Source: Azolla caroliniana
Lineage: Eukaryota > Plantae > Polypodiophyta
Reading direction: 5' to 3'
Length of the DNA: 64,000 nt
Assembly: GCA_043228905.1 (NCBI GenBank)
Contig: JBHGNT010000005.1
Location: forward strand, 23,932,001-23,996,000
The notes under the pieces were generated by a model that was given only the letters and a program-made list of their open reading frames with translations, did not search any database and was not told the DNA's origin. Positions 25,655-40,302 of the stretch are shown in pieces. The position numbers and the translations under genes are program-made. Position 1 is the first letter of the stretch. The number at the start of each line of letters is the position of its first letter.

Positions 25655-26070
25655 ATGTATGTATGTATATGCATGTATGATGTATGTATATGATATGTAT
25701 GTATGTATGCCATGTATGACATGTATGTATCATGTATGTATTTACATATGTATGTATGTGTTTGTGTGTATGTATGTATGTATGTATGTATGTATGTATG
25801 TATGTATGTAGGTGTGTGTATGTATGTATGTATGCGACATGTCTATTTACATATGTATGTATGTGTTTGTGTGTGCGTATGTATGTATGTATCATGTATG
25901 TATTTACATATGTATGTATGTACTCACGTATGTATGTATGTGTTTGTGTGTGCGTATGTATGTATGTATGTATGTATGTATTTACATATGTATGTATGTA
26001 CTCACGTATGTATGTATGTGTTTGTGTGTGCGTATGTATGTATGTATGAATGAATGTATGCGACATGTCT
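25655..26070. repeat. Compound (TATG)n microsatellite with higher-order units, directly upstream of the peroxiredoxin ATG
   Basis: TATG runs interspersed with repeated TATTTACATATG / TGTGTTTGTGTGTGCG / TACTCACG blocks. Confidence 0.95.
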
Positions 26071-27748
26071 ATTTTCTACCATATCATAATGAGGTCTAGC
26101 GAGGGAATCGTGGCCACGGTTGATGCAAAGGGCAAATTTTCGAGGGCACGCGCGATCTACAGAGTCGAGATCTTTATCTCAAAAGATGTGCGCCATCATA
26201 AAATCTAAATTTTTGGTAGCTCGAGTAGCCCAACCATTCAAATCAGAGTTGCCCAGCTCAACTCTCCAATTACCCGATTCCTTTCCGTAGCCCGACTCTC
26301 TCATTGTAGTAGCCCGACTCGAGGCAATAACCTGACACATGGGGGAGCCCTGAGTCAAAGGAGCCCGACTAGTTGCAATAGCCCAACCTATACTTACATT
26401 CAACTAAAACCTTGATGTCTGTCATTATTCTCACGTTTTTGAAACGATGGCCAGGGTTTTAGGAGGGATGAAGCCATTCACCACCAACACCTGCCAACCA
26501 CCTACATCCAGATCTACATTGCCACCCCTTCAGTTGCCGGGTATGTATTTATTGGTTTCTACTTTTGTTAGATAATTTCGAATGCTTTTGTGAAAGTTTT
26601 GAGTGTTTGGAAATGGATGGTAAAAATGTTCTTCAAAATGGATAAAATGTGGGTATGATGTGGATGGATAAAATGGTATTAGCGTTTAGATTCTTCGAGA
26701 TGCATGTAGACCATGCCCTTATTGGATGACTTTGAAATCTTGCATGTTGGTGAATGAAAGGAAAATGTTGGGTTGGGTAAAATGTTGTTGAAATCTAGTT
26801 TTAGGATTTAGATTCTTGTGAAGGCATGCAAACCATACATGCATTGGATGATTGTTGACACCTGGTATTGATGTTCATGCCAAGGTCATTGGTTTGAATA
26901 AAATTTGGATTTCTGCCTTGCTTTCATAGATGGTTGCCAAGTCCAACGAGTTCCTAGAGTGCGATTCTAATTGGGGTGAAAGCAAACCCAATGAAGGGAG
27001 GTATGACATGATTCATTTTTCAACAATGTATACGAGACTATAATAGTGATGCATGTGTGCTAACTTTGGTTTTGGTTGCAAGGTTTTTGCAAGAAGGGGT
27101 ACCAAAAGCAACGTTTTTACCAAGTTGGAGGCTGAAAACAACATGCATTAGAGGTTCCAAAGGTAGAGACTAATGATGTTGCGGACCCCATACTGGAACA
27201 TGAACCATCAGATGTTGATGCTCCTCCAAAAGTTGAGTTGATGTACATCCTTGTATTCCAACTATAGTCATGTATATATTGGTTTATTCTAATGCATGCA
27301 TATGTCATTAACACTTCAACTATATTTACGCGACCCACTCTTGCACTTCAAGTGTGACTGAGATTCAATGGGGATCAAATCTTGGACATGTATAGTGTCT
27401 GAGTCATGCTGGCAAAACTCAATAGCAGTTTGGGAAGAAAATGGAGATGGACACACATTTGTGGAAGGTATATGGCATTAATGTAGTGCTTGCAAGAGGG
27501 CTAAAGATATAGGAAGAGTAGCAATCGACTCATAGAAAGGAAAGTGGTCCATCATTCTTCCACAACAACGAAAGGGAAAGACTTCTTCTTCTTCTTCTTC
27601 TCTATCCTTTTTTTTTATCGTAATTAGCCTACAAACTCTACATCTTGGGTGTGAAACCCAATTTTCTCATATCTCTATTACTTCATACATAGAACCCATG
27701 ACCTCTTGGTCTCTATTGGGCAGCTTACCAATTGAGTTACATCCATCT

Positions 27749-27786
<38 letters not shown>

Positions 27787-27789
<3 letters not shown>

Positions 27790-29447
27790 CGTAAATAATG
27801 GCTTTCATTACGAAAGAAAAAACACCACCATGACTAACTTACAACAAACTATAGAACCCCTTCTATCTAGGGATCTAAAGAAAACTACGACACCAAACTC
27901 AATGCCACCCTACACACCAATTCAAATGGCGAATATGATGATATGTGACCTTGCAGAGTTCTCTCTCTTCTTGGTTGAGATTTTGTGACTTCTCTAGCAC
28001 TGTCAATTGCCACAAAAGAAGTCCTTTTAACTTAAGAACATATTTTCTCACCCCAACTTGTGAATAAAAAATGAAGGCATTCCGCATATTCCAATTGAAC
28101 CATAGCCCCCAATACCTCAAGAACTCAAAAATAATTTGAAAATGAGGCATCTGTTCATTGTTCTCTATATGTGAAAAACCCAACTGAAGGAAGATAGACT
28201 TACTCCTGTTAGAGACATCCACACTAAACTGATACACCTCCAAACCATCCTTGCCATCGGGCATGAAATAAATCGATGCCTACTATGTTCCAATTCCACC
28301 GAACAAAAGAAACACAATCCTTTAGTAATGTTTCTTCTTTTAAATGCATCCCCTAATGGTAAAGCTCTAACCATAACTCTCCAAATAAATACCTTGGCTC
28401 GTAGCATCAATCGAGAACACCAACCTGCCTTGATCACATGAAACCACCAAGTAATGGGCTTATGAAAACCCCATATCTTTATAACCCTTTCTTCCAACCA
28501 TTTATGTTTGTCAATCAACTTGTGATAAGCAACATTCGTTGAGATCATAGTCAATCTCTTATTTCCAACAAACCTCCAATCAAGCTCTTGAGATCGCCCA
28601 TCTAAATCAGGAATTGGCTCATGCGAAGATAGTATTTGTTGCAACTTATCCCAAATAAAGTTATAACCTTTTGGAATACGAAATGTTGATCTTATTGTTC
28701 GAAAAGCCATTAATCTTCTTTGTGAAACCAACATAGCATCCTTAACTCTTACCAAACCCAATCTAGCCATCCAATTAAATTGAAGGTTAAGAATTTGTTT
28801 ACCTTCCCACCTCAACAACCTTGATGTTGCCAAAACCTCCATTTGTAATGAATTGGCACACCCCCTTTCTTGTGGGGGATGCCATTCCACAAAATCCAAC
28901 ATACTTTGCCAAGATGTCAACAAATGATTAACTATCATAGACCTTGTACATTTGACATCCCTGTTAGAATTAATTACATTCTACCAATTCGCTTCAACCT
29001 TCATGTTTCCAAGCTTTATTCCGTTCTTCTCTATAAAGTATGCCACCATTTCTGTCCAAGGTTGTACACCTTCAAACATGAATCGAATGAAAGTAAATCG
29101 ACAAGCCACCATATGCTCATATAGATTCAATATTGATGCCCCACCAAGACGCTTCGGAGTATAAACATGATCCCATGCCAACCATGACAAGGCACTTTTC
29201 CCTTTTCTTTTCCATAACAACATTCACATCGAGCGTGACAACATTTCAAGAGCTTTCTTTGACCATGGGAGCAAAGGAAGATAATAAGATACCATAGAGA
29301 CCATAATCGATTGGACCACCTTAAGTCGTACATGAAAAGGCCAAAATTGAGACCTCCAATACATAAACTTATCCTCCAACCTTTTGGATACCCACTTAAT
29401 AAGTTTCACATGAGAAACTTCCACCCCAATTGGATATCCAAGATGAC

Positions 29448-29448
<1 letters not shown>
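27787..29448 (-). mobile_element. 5'-truncated, frameshifted L1/Tx1-type LINE (end of RT, zf-RVT, 3'UTR)
   Basis: HLGYPIG (RT C-terminal YLG-like motif), WDHVYTPKRLGGASI, zf-RVT KVFIWR...ALP...CFFC...EHSRHRFISC...W, and WFNWNMRNAFIF. Flanked on both sides by (CT)n. Confidence 0.88.
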
Positions 29449-29486
<38 letters not shown>

Positions 29487-29899
29487 ATGTTCGTATGGAC
29501 CTTGACACATGACTTGTTTGGCGCACCTTGTGTTTTTATGAATACCAACGTTGTGGGGTAAGGCAAGGTGATAAGCATATGATCCAACTCACTTAAGGAT
29601 TTCAAAGGGGCCACAATATCGTGGGGCTAACTTACCACGCTCGCCCGTAGACAATAGCCTAGAGTCAGTAGGTACACGCAAAAAAACTTTTGGACTAATA
29701 GTAAATGTGCAAGGACATCTATTCTGGTAAGCATAAAATCGGGTGTATTCCCACCATATATATATTTGTCACTTTAATGTTTGCTTTAAATATTCAGGTT
29801 CTGCTAGAAGCGTTTCCCTCTTTACAACAACTCAGTATGGAAGTAGTGTGCTCAGTGCTAAACATGTGTGAGCTTTTCACGATGATTTGAGGGGAGCTC

Positions 29900-30380
29900 T
29901 ATAAAAAGACATATGGGGATATCCTACGACGGTACGAACTTCATTGCGATGTAATAGCAATGATTGAACTAGCACACTACTAGAGTGCCAATAGACATCT
30001 TAGTGTTAGTATGGTGGTTGCACTCTTTAAGGCCACCCATGAGTATGCCAAATGTTGTGACAAGTGTTGATGTGATCAATACCCCCTTAAGACAGATTTA
30101 TAACCTCCACCACTTGAAAGCAATCAACCATTCGAGAATAGTGGGCACAATTAAACCAACTTCAAACTGAAAATGCTACATAATCACCACCACTAATTAT
30201 TCGATGAAGTAGGCTTACGCCACGACATACATAAAAAGCAACCTAGAGCTAAAACTTTGTTTCTATAGGAAAGAATGGTCATTCGTTTTGGATGCTCCCT
30301 AGAATTAGTGAGTGATCGGAGGGTCACATTTTCTAAATGAAGTAGTTGCATACATTACATTATATCATTTCAGCCCATAA
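29900..30380 (+). pseudogene. Degenerate Ty3/gypsy integrase fragment
   Basis: With frameshifts: WW..TLFKATHEYAKCCDKC (Zn finger), IVGTIKPTSN.KCYIITTTNYS (cf. DFVGP...YIIVATDY), RFGCSLELVSDR.SHFLNEVV. Confidence 0.7.
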
Positions 30381-31975
30381 CAAGAAGTCCAAATCTTTGT
30401 ACAAAAGATATTATGCCTTGCCCTTATATAAAATATTGTAATTTGTAACATTTAATGTAAGCACCTTACAAAAACATTAAGGTGTATATGAAAATTAAAC
30501 AAAATGACATAAAATTCGAAAATGAACTCAATGAGAGATATAAGGAAATTTTCATGTTTAAAAAATGCTAGTAATCGAATCCTAAAATATGTGGGCATTC
30601 TGTGAATTCATCAATGTAGCGAAGAGTAAAGCTCTTCCACCCTAGCTTACCAAACTACTTTTGAGGAAATAACCACTAGTCTTTGTACCAAATATATTAT
30701 CTTCAATCTTTAGATGTAGTCAAACTACACAAATCCTCACTTTTGCCAACATGGGTATATGATATATCCAAGAGTTTTGCTGAAACAACTATGATGCTAG
30801 TAAACATTTTTCTTAGTTTATGTTTGCTAATGCCATCTTATTCAAATTTAGCAAGGCTAATGATTTGTTATGTTTTTGCTTCTTGTCTAATGAAGACTTG
30901 TGCTGAATGTTTACCTTATGTATCCTAATACAAAATATATGCCTAGAGAAGAATCATCAGCTCCAATAATTTAAGGCATACCTATAAGAAGGAATTATTC
31001 GACAACAAGACATGCTTAGAAATTGGCAATCTTTGCGTCAAGTCCAACAACTATGTGCTTAGTCATAAGGGAATGAGTCCATTATTTGTGCACATCTTTA
31101 CTAACACCTTATAACACTCTTTTATCTACCTTTCTTGTTTTGTTTACAAGAATTTTATACCATTTTACAAAGCGTTGAGCACGTGCCGAGTGCACACATA
31201 ATTTTACATTTGCACAAATAATGACACAATGTTCATATGTTACATTCTTGAGCAAACCATCCAACTAGGAATAACATGGAATGCTAGAATGTATATTCGA
31301 TCCCATCTTGTTTACAAAAAGAGTATATGTTACAATAAAATGTACAATTATAATCAATCAAGTAATGAGTTAAATTATGTTTTTTCTACCCCTTCATCTG
31401 AAGTGAGAAAAGAAGAAAGAATGTGTTGCATGCAAAATGTGTCGCTGTGTACATAAATTACAGGACAAAAATAAACCCATCTCCTAGTGCATGCATACTG
31501 TATAATAATCTAGTTATAGAAAATGCCACCTTTTAGTTGTCCAAGAATCTTTGGGATCGATACAAAAGATAACAATAGGTGACCATTTTTCCATGCTCCC
31601 TTAAAACTGTGGTGTTTCTAGTATTGGATCAACCATCTTGCATGTGTGTTGCTTCATTTATTGAGTATTTGGGATCAATCATCTTCGATTTGGACAAGCT
31701 TTTAAAGTCTCAAATCTATCTTCTCACCAAATCTGATGCTCTTTCGGAGATGTGTTAAAATCCTATTAACAGGTGCAAAATATTTGTAGCATCACCAGGT
31801 ACTAGAAATGATTAAAACATCCAATCACTCAAGCCAAACTTCTCTTAGTCAAGCTTTGGTTGTTCCATTGCTTCTCCATTCATTTCCTTTAGCTTCACAT
31901 GGTGACAAAACCTTCTCCTTTAAATCTTCTTTCTCCCATTTAAGGTTGCATGTAATCCATACCTGGCAAGCATTT

Positions 31976-34900
31976 TCATGAAACGGAACTCCTGGGTGTA
32001 AATTTAACATTCCGTATGAAAGGATGTTGCAATAGTTGATCAGCCACTGGTCTTTTTAAAGGATCTACTTGCAAGCAGCTTCTAATAAAATCCTTGGCAT
32101 CTTCAGGAAGATCGTCAGGGATAGGAGGTAATTCTCCATGGGCAAGTTTCCACAACGCTCGATGCTGTACCATAAATTCGTAACACAATTTCAGGATGCA
32201 TTTGAAAGAACAAAGATTGCATAAATGGAGTGACACATACCCATTCAAGATCACCAAATGGAGGGCGGCATGTCTCCATCTCAAGAACTGTACACCCTAG
32301 ACTCCAAATATCTGCTGGAAAGCTATATGTTTTTCTTGGGTCAATTACCTGTTATTTGAGAATCAAGTCATATACTGTTATTTGAGGTACCACATTGAAC
32401 ATTATGTGTGTGTGTGTCTAGAAAACTAGAAACAATGTGGGAGAACTAACAGAATGCACACTCATTTCATTTATCCATATCCATAGTTTTCAAGCATTTC
32501 CTATTGCTAGCGTATACACCATATTCCACTACAAAGCCAATAAACCTAGATTATTAAGGAGAGATGATACACTTCTAAACATTTGGTAGATGGCTGTTAA
32601 CTTGACGAAGAAAATATCTTGATATCACTTTGCACTAAAGCAAGGCACAGTTTAAAAAAAATTGTCTAGAGGATGCCACTCACTTCTGGAGCCATCCAGA
32701 AAGCACTCCCTTTGCAAGATTTAAGCTCATTTAATCTTGTCACCTGTGTAAACATTTCAAATACATCATATAACAAATGCACACATACGTGAACAAACAA
32801 ATGTCAAATTGTATTTTAACATCTACAATTTCCATCAAATAAATCAACCTGTCTAGCCAGTCCAAAATCTGCAACTTTAACTTTTCCATCGATATCGACC
32901 AATATATTAGCACACTTGATATCTCTGAAAATAAAATTTCCAAAAGTGGACACATTAATCTAAAAGTCAACCAGGTCACTTACAAACAGTGATTCTTATC
33001 TCGACAAATACAAAATTCTACTATAATGACCATCACCTGTGCACTATTCTTTGGTCATGCAAATACTTCAATCCATTCAAAATCTGTCGAGTGTACAGTC
33101 GTATTTGTGGATCATATAATTTGTACTTCCGAATAAGAGAAGCAAGTGAACCTTTTGTAGCAAGTTCAAGGAAAATATACAGCTTATCAGAATCCTGTAA
33201 AACAACCATCCAGATAAAGAAGTTGTAAGTAGCAACAGATGTAAACCTGTAAGTCAGAAAATATCAAAGGACAACACAGGAAAGGAATGCAAGCCCCTAC
33301 AATTTTGATTTTTACAATCAGGTAAAAGGAATCAGAAGATATTTTGTAACTGCATAACAATAACAAAGAGACTTTAAGTGACACTTACCTTTTCACTACC
33401 AAGATATCGGACAATATTATCATGTCGAAATTTGCTTAAGAATTTGATCTCCTGCAAACAGAAACTTTATATTAAAAGCGTAAAAATGAGATAACCCTCA
33501 TTTCAGAAAACAAAACAAAAATGCCATATGCCATAGTTTTTTGCCGTTACATAAAACATAATTGATCATTACATTAACCAAAGGAGGATTCCGTTCATTG
33601 TACGATATCTATTTGGTACCTTTCTTCATGTGTGCATGCATAAAATATCTATAGAAATGCACACATGCATGGCTATATTTTTGAGAATTGAACAAATTGA
33701 GTAATATCTTAAAATATCAATAGTTTTATCCATAGTATAATTTGTTTTTATAAATTGTTGAGGTTGTAACATATCGTCTTTGTCCACTTTATAGATGGAC
33801 ATTAATCAATTTGATAGTCTTCTGGTTATATAAATCTCTAGTCTTTTGGCTATCTGAATTATGTTGCTTCTCCAAATAAGCAGAAATGGCTGCAATTCTA
33901 ATGGTTGTAACATATCATCTTTTTCTACCTTATAGAGGAACATTAACCAATTTGAAAGCATGCTGGTGGAGATCGGTGCTTTCACCTTACAAAGAGGTTT
34001 CGAACCAAGTAAATAATGTAAAATTTCAGTGTATTTTTCAGAGACTTTGTCAGCGGACTACGACATTTCATAGAGGAGATTGGTGTGGAGCATAAGAGAC
34101 TAACAGAGGGCACAAAAAAACGTGGCCAAAGAACGAAATATGTATTGATATCTCTGGAAGGCCAAGATAGCCAATGTGGCCCAAAAAGTAGTCACAACCG
34201 AAAACAAATTCTCGTCCATGAAGAGCAATCAAAGAATAAGCAGCGATTATTAAGTAAGTTGAACTTTGTTTAAAGAAAGATCCAAAAACTCAGAAGTTTG
34301 AAATGTTCAAGTACCTGTCCAAGCTGTTCAACACATTGTTGAGTCTTGGTATCACTTAGTGACAGACAAACTTCTTTCACTGCAAAATATATTCCCTCCC
34401 TGACAAAATGGACTAGAGATTAGGCATGCCACGGTATGAAAGTAAAATATTATAACACACTTTGAGCACTCTTCTATCTCATTAAAGGAATCTCTTCTAT
34501 ATCAATTTTGTGGAAGCCTTGGAATGTATGATGACATATAATTAAATTTCCTTCTCTGAGTGGTTGCCTAAAACTTGCACTCTAGACGTGAATTCTGACT
34601 TTCTGTACTATTTCATTTGTCATATGTATACTGACTTTACTGAAAAGTGAACTGTGAAACGAAAAAGACACCAAAAATAATATCAGCCCAAGTATATTGG
34701 TTTTGCGTTCTTCTTCTCTTGATTAAGGAGATGGTCCTCGATGGTAGCAGTTAACCTCTCTCAATATTCATCCCAAATTCTTGTGAGAATGATACAATAC
34801 ATTATGTAAGAACGTTCTAGATCATAATTGCATCCATCTCTCTGCCCCCTACCAAGGTTCAACAAGCAACACAATTTTATGCAGAATGAATGTAATGGTG

Positions 34901-37863
34901 GTGTTTTTATTTCACAGTTCACAATTTCGGTAGACAGATGACAGATGAAACTGTACATAAAAGTCTGGATTGACGTCTACTGTTCCATAAGCAAAGTAAA
35001 TCACAGAATTTAGCCACACAAGTGGTGCATAGTTTTGAAAAATACGTACTCAGACAACCCCTCATATACTGTTCCGAAGGATCCCCTACCTAACACATCC
35101 AGTTTTCTCCATGAATGGATAATTATATCACTTCTGCTAACTAGCATAGCAGATTCCTTCCTGCTAAGCACCTTTAATGTTGGCGTGGGTTGGTTTTTGA
35201 CAAGATGTTCTGGGTGTTTTATTACCTCTATTTCAGAAACTCTCGGCTTGTGTTGGTTATTTACAAAAACGTCTTGGTGCTTTATTACTTCTATTTCAGA
35301 AACTCTTTTTTTATTTTCCTCAAGCAAAATTTTGTCTTCGTCGTCTTCAGAATCGCCTTCAGTTGATTCATCATCACTATAAATATCAGAAGAGTTAAAA
35401 CCATAATCGGTATGCTTATCTGGTCCAAAGCTCTCGAGAAGTTCAAGCGTTGACATCATAGACAAAGGTTTTTTCTCACGCATCAAAGGTGGAGGATGTA
35501 AGGGCCCTGGCATTATCTGACTACTCCCATTCAAATTCTTAGAAACCCTACAAAGTCCAACACATACGCCAATAAATATATGTGATCTCTAGATATAAAA
35601 ATGTGCATCATAAATAAAAGTTTGAAAAAAGATTCGGCTTGTAAAATCCGCTATACCTTTTCATATCAACTCTTTTGTCCTGTTTTTTTATTACATGGAT
35701 GCCTACACTGGGATCATTGACCTCATCTCTTTCTGTATCACACTCTATGAGATTAATATGCTTGCTTCCATTGGTTATCCAGTCAAGCTCCCCTGATGGC
35801 TGCTTGGCTACTGATGAGGAATGAAAGCCAAATATATCTGCTTCTTTTGAATTCCTACAAGAACCACAAATAAGTTGTAATAAGAGCTCACAGTGTCAGT
35901 TCGAGACTAGAGAAAAAAACTGGTCTATTGTACTCCCAATGTAATGAGACAAGTTAATGAACCAAATAATATTTTGACTATAGTAAGAGAGCCTCGAACA
36001 ATTCCCATAAATTTGTGGTATTTTCTTATAATTTCCTATTGGAAAGGGAACTTGCATTTTGACCACGATATATAACTTTCCCCCTGAAATCATCAAGTTC
36101 CTAAATTCAGCTGATTAGAAAATATTGTTTTTTGCTGTGGAACTTGAGGAAATGATACTTATGAACAGACTTTCAGTCACAGGATCTAAAATCGATCAAT
36201 TGTCTAATTGTTTGCAGTTTTGATGGTCAACTGCATAAAATTTCTCCTAAATTCCTATACAACGTGTTATTTTGTCATAATTTCCTACTCTCTCATGGAT
36301 GAAGACAAAATGCTGCCACTAGTGAAGAAGACTTTCTCAGATGCTGGCGTAGCACTTCAAGAGATTTAATTAATGAACTGATAATTAGAAATGCCATCTC
36401 AGTGACAGGAAAATGATTTTTTTCTATAAGATTATGATATTTTCACAAAGTTTGTTTTCCTGTTTTATCCATGAAACAAAGCTGGTTAGTAGAGAAGATT
36501 TTCGGAAAGAGTTTTACTAACCAGATATTTCAGTGGCATATAATCTAAGTGAGAGGCTCTAAAATTCCTACCTTGTCTGATTATTCCAAGTGTTAATCTG
36601 GAGAATACATTAATTTTTCTTCTAAGTACTATCAATTCATGAAACTTCCTCATAATTTCCCATTATTTCCTGCATCACAAGGTCTGAAATGCATCCATCG
36701 GCGGATCATTCAGAGTTTTGATGCAGAAGTACGTGAACATTTCAATGTAATTGATAATATCATTTCCAGTGAGAGGATGTAAAAGATATACAAAGTCTGA
36801 TTGTTGACCGCTTTGATCAGGAAATATGAAAAATATGGCTAAAATCCTGTGAGATCTCGTTATTTTCGCATAATCTTCTATTGATTGACGAATGACAAGG
36901 TCTAAAAGAAATATCTCATATAGAAACCATTATGCTTATTTTACAACAATATTTCACTGAGAGAATCTAAAAGACACACCCAATGTTCAAGATTTTCATA
37001 GAGAATTATATGTTTAATTCACGACAATATTTCCACGAGCAAATCTAGAAGCATATCTAGTCTGATTGTCCAAGAATTCTAAGATTCCTTCACAACGTGA
37101 GAGAATCTAAAACACATGCCTAGGCTGATTGTTCAGGGTTCCATGATTATTTCACGACTTTATTTCTGTGAGAGAATCTAAAAGACATAATTGGTCTGAT
37201 TGTTCACGGTTTTCTTACGGAAATCCACGATTACTCCACAATAGTAACTCGGTAAGAGAGAAAAAGACAGCCTAGAAGACATAGTTAGTCTGATTGTTCA
37301 CGATTTTGTTATAGAATTTCGTGATTATTTCGCAATATTAACTCATTGCGAGAGAAAGAGAGAGCGTAAAAGAACTACCTTCTCGGATTGTTCAGATTTT
37401 TGTGCATCCTTGAGGTAGGACTTCGATCTAAATCACCAGTTCTATTATCCAAATAGGAAGTAGAATCAGCTTCATATAACCTTCCTCCGGATTCTCTGAG
37501 TCTTCCAGCTCTACTTTTGAGATGAGAGCCAGAGGCAGGGTTTCCATCTCCTCCACCAGAGATGCGAGTGAATAGATTTCGGTCTGAATTATGAAGCTTT
37601 CCTGACTCCCAAGCAGCGACGGATATGGCGAAAGCATCCGGTCCACCAGATATACCAATCTGCTCACAGATCATCTGAAACTCACCAGAATGAAGACCAG
37701 AGACGCGGAAGCTTGTTGGAGAGTCTCCTATCGATGGTAGAGAAGAAGAAGGCGGAGGAGGACGAGATGGAAAGGAATCGTAGTCTGCGATTTTCTTCGC
37801 ATATCTTCTCTCAAGTTTCTTGCCAGAAGAAGATCGTGAAGGCGTGGAAGGAGGAGAAGCCAT
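31976..37863 (-). CDS. MEKK1-like mitogen-activated protein kinase kinase kinase (~639 aa, 10 exons)
   Basis: Exons 37863-37379, 35854-35657, 35547-35050, 34399-34315, 33451-33389, 33194-33037, 32924-32849, 32743-32684, 32348-32241, 32164-31976 splice in frame. N-terminal LERR..K..DYD and TSFRV.G...FAIS..AWE motifs of plant MEKK1. Kinase motifs GRGSFG, FAVKEV, HR|[26 protein letters not shown]. Confidence 0.94.
36950..37345. repeat. Degenerate ~70-90 bp tandem repeats in MAPKKK intron 1
   Basis: Recurring GAGAGAATCTAAAAGACA...GTCTGATTGTTCA motifs, ~5 copies. Confidence 0.7.
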
Positions 37864-37989
37864 GGCACATTCGATCGATCGATGGACGAAAGGCCAAATA
37901 GCAGCAGCTGAAGAAGGAGAAGAAGAAGAAGCAGAAGACGACGACGAAGCAGGAGAAGCAATTTTCTTTTATTTGTATTTTTCGAAAAC

Positions 37990-38190
37990 AATAATAGCTA
38001 TTATTATTATTATTACTACTACTACTACTACTATATACTACTATTACTATTATATATTATCATTATTACTATTATTATTCTCGTTATTGTTATTTTTATT
38101 GTTATTATTACAGATTAGCATTATTTCTTTATTATTATAATTATTGTTATTTTTATTATGATTATAATTTATAATTATTATTATTCTGAT
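37990..38190. repeat. (TAT/TAC/TGT)n trinucleotide low-complexity tract upstream of the MAPKKK
   Basis: Direct reading of the sequence. Confidence 0.85.
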
Positions 38191-38392
38191 TTAAATGTTT
38201 TCCTTTCTTCGGCATTAATAAATAAAAATGGCTTCTTCTTTTTTCTGAGTGATTTTATGAAAGGGTTCATGGATTTGCTTACTATTTGTTTTATATCTTC
38301 GTTGACCATTTCCAAACCTTTTAAAGAAGAAGCCCTCTCTCCTTACACATCATCATCACCCACACACACACCCAAGCATTGTCAAACCCATA

Positions 38393-38433
<41 letters not shown>

Positions 38434-40302
38434 GTACAAAGAGATGGGCGGGGCCATGTCTGGCACATGGGCCCTGGACGCCCCCGTATCGACTTACATG
38501 GTTGCTTCAGAGACCCATCTAGAAGCTAGAGAGACGAAGATTCGCTCGCAAGCTTCCTTTCCGTATGTACCACGGCTACAAAGCCCAACCACAAATGGCA
38601 ACACACACCATGCATGTGTGCACCTCATCTTTTCAGAACCCAAATACGACGACATGGCTTCATTATGCTTGCATTGACCATATATATATATATGTACGTG
38701 AACCATGAATAACATTCTTACCGCCTTATGATTTAACTCGATACGTCAATGTCCTGTCGTAGCTCCCCCTCTGGAATGTCAATGGTGACAATGACAATGC
38801 TGACACTTAGTGCGATCATTTGCAAAGTGACACCAACAACGATGCAAAATGGTCTACCAATGACCCTACCCCCATTGCAACACGCACATGCACATGCATA
38901 ATAAAGTTGTGGAGAGGAGACATTCACCAAATGGGTTTGTTTGTTGTGTTTGGGATTTAGTTTTTGACAATGCAACAAGCAAAGCCCACGTTTGTTTGCC
39001 ATTTGGACTTGCTTTACAGTGGTGAAGTGCGTCATTGTTTTTTCTACAAATTCATCAAGTGACCCGATTTTGCTTCGCTTTTGATATCAATCAATGACTA
39101 TTTTATAATTTTGTTAAGAAAATCATAAATATAAAGATATTTTTACCCTACCTTTTCCCTTTCTGTAAAGGCCTATTTTCAAAGCGGGTGGACATATATG
39201 TGCTTCCGTATACTAAGTAAATCATCCTAGTTCTCAACTCTAAAAAGTCAAAAAGGATTTGTGCAAGGTATTTTTGGATAAAGTTAACTTTTAATAGTAA
39301 AAAAACAATGACAATAGCATCCAAGAAAGAGTCTTTAGCCACAACTTTCACTCTTTCATTGACAATTTCCATGCCCATGACTAGTGAGTGTTTGACGCAA
39401 TCCTCAATTCAGTTGCAACCCAAAATAATAATAACAAGATAACTTAATTCTCTCAATTACCAATCATTTATGTGTAAATTGATTTATGAGGATTGACAAC
39501 ATTAATCACAAATTATATATAGTTATATATGAAATATGCTTCACTATTATAAAGTGCATTCCTTCGATCTCAGGAAAGTTTCTTGAACATGACACTTTTC
39601 AATAAAATTAGCGATTACAAGGGCATTAATCTATGCATACAAGAACTTCACTTGTAATGGAGAACTTACCACCTAACCTTCATTAAAGAAATTTAAATCT
39701 GACACTCTAAGTTGTGCTCTTTATGAATGGACTTTATTATAATCGACATCATTTTTCAGTTACTAGGTGAACTTGCAGAATCTAGGGGTTGAATGCATAT
39801 CTGGGTTCAAATCTTACATTTTTACTGAATGACCATGATGGATGTATGGGTTGAAAATTGAGAGAACCAAAGTTTGATCCTCATCATGTGCTAGGCTTCG
39901 TCTCATAGATCACAATCAGTCTCTTGTGGATGTTAAAAAGACCTCTCCAATGCTCTCTATTCTCAAACATATTTCAGATATTGCACACCAGTGAAGATGC
40001 ATGGTACTCCACATAAATGGACATGTATATTACAATTTTATGTTCGGCATGTTCCCAGCAGATATAGTCAAGGATAAGGGAAACAAAGTATTGAACTATA
40101 ATATATGTAATCAACTGCAGGCAGTACAGCCATTCCAAAATGAAATCAGCCAAGAACCTTCAAAATGAATCTCTATACTCTCGGTGGTTGTTCAATCTCC
40201 CCCACCCCCTCTCCAATTGCTTGGCTAGCTACTTCAGTTTCTTGAATGAAAAACTACAAGCTCTTCAATAGATAGAACTTCTTAGACAGTGGATTTCCAG
40301 TA

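Noticed and set aside
25572-26099. HTYI/MYVC-repeat ORFs, including the N-terminal extension of the 290-aa ORF
   Set aside because: Products of the TATG microsatellite; the real start is the ATG at 25571.
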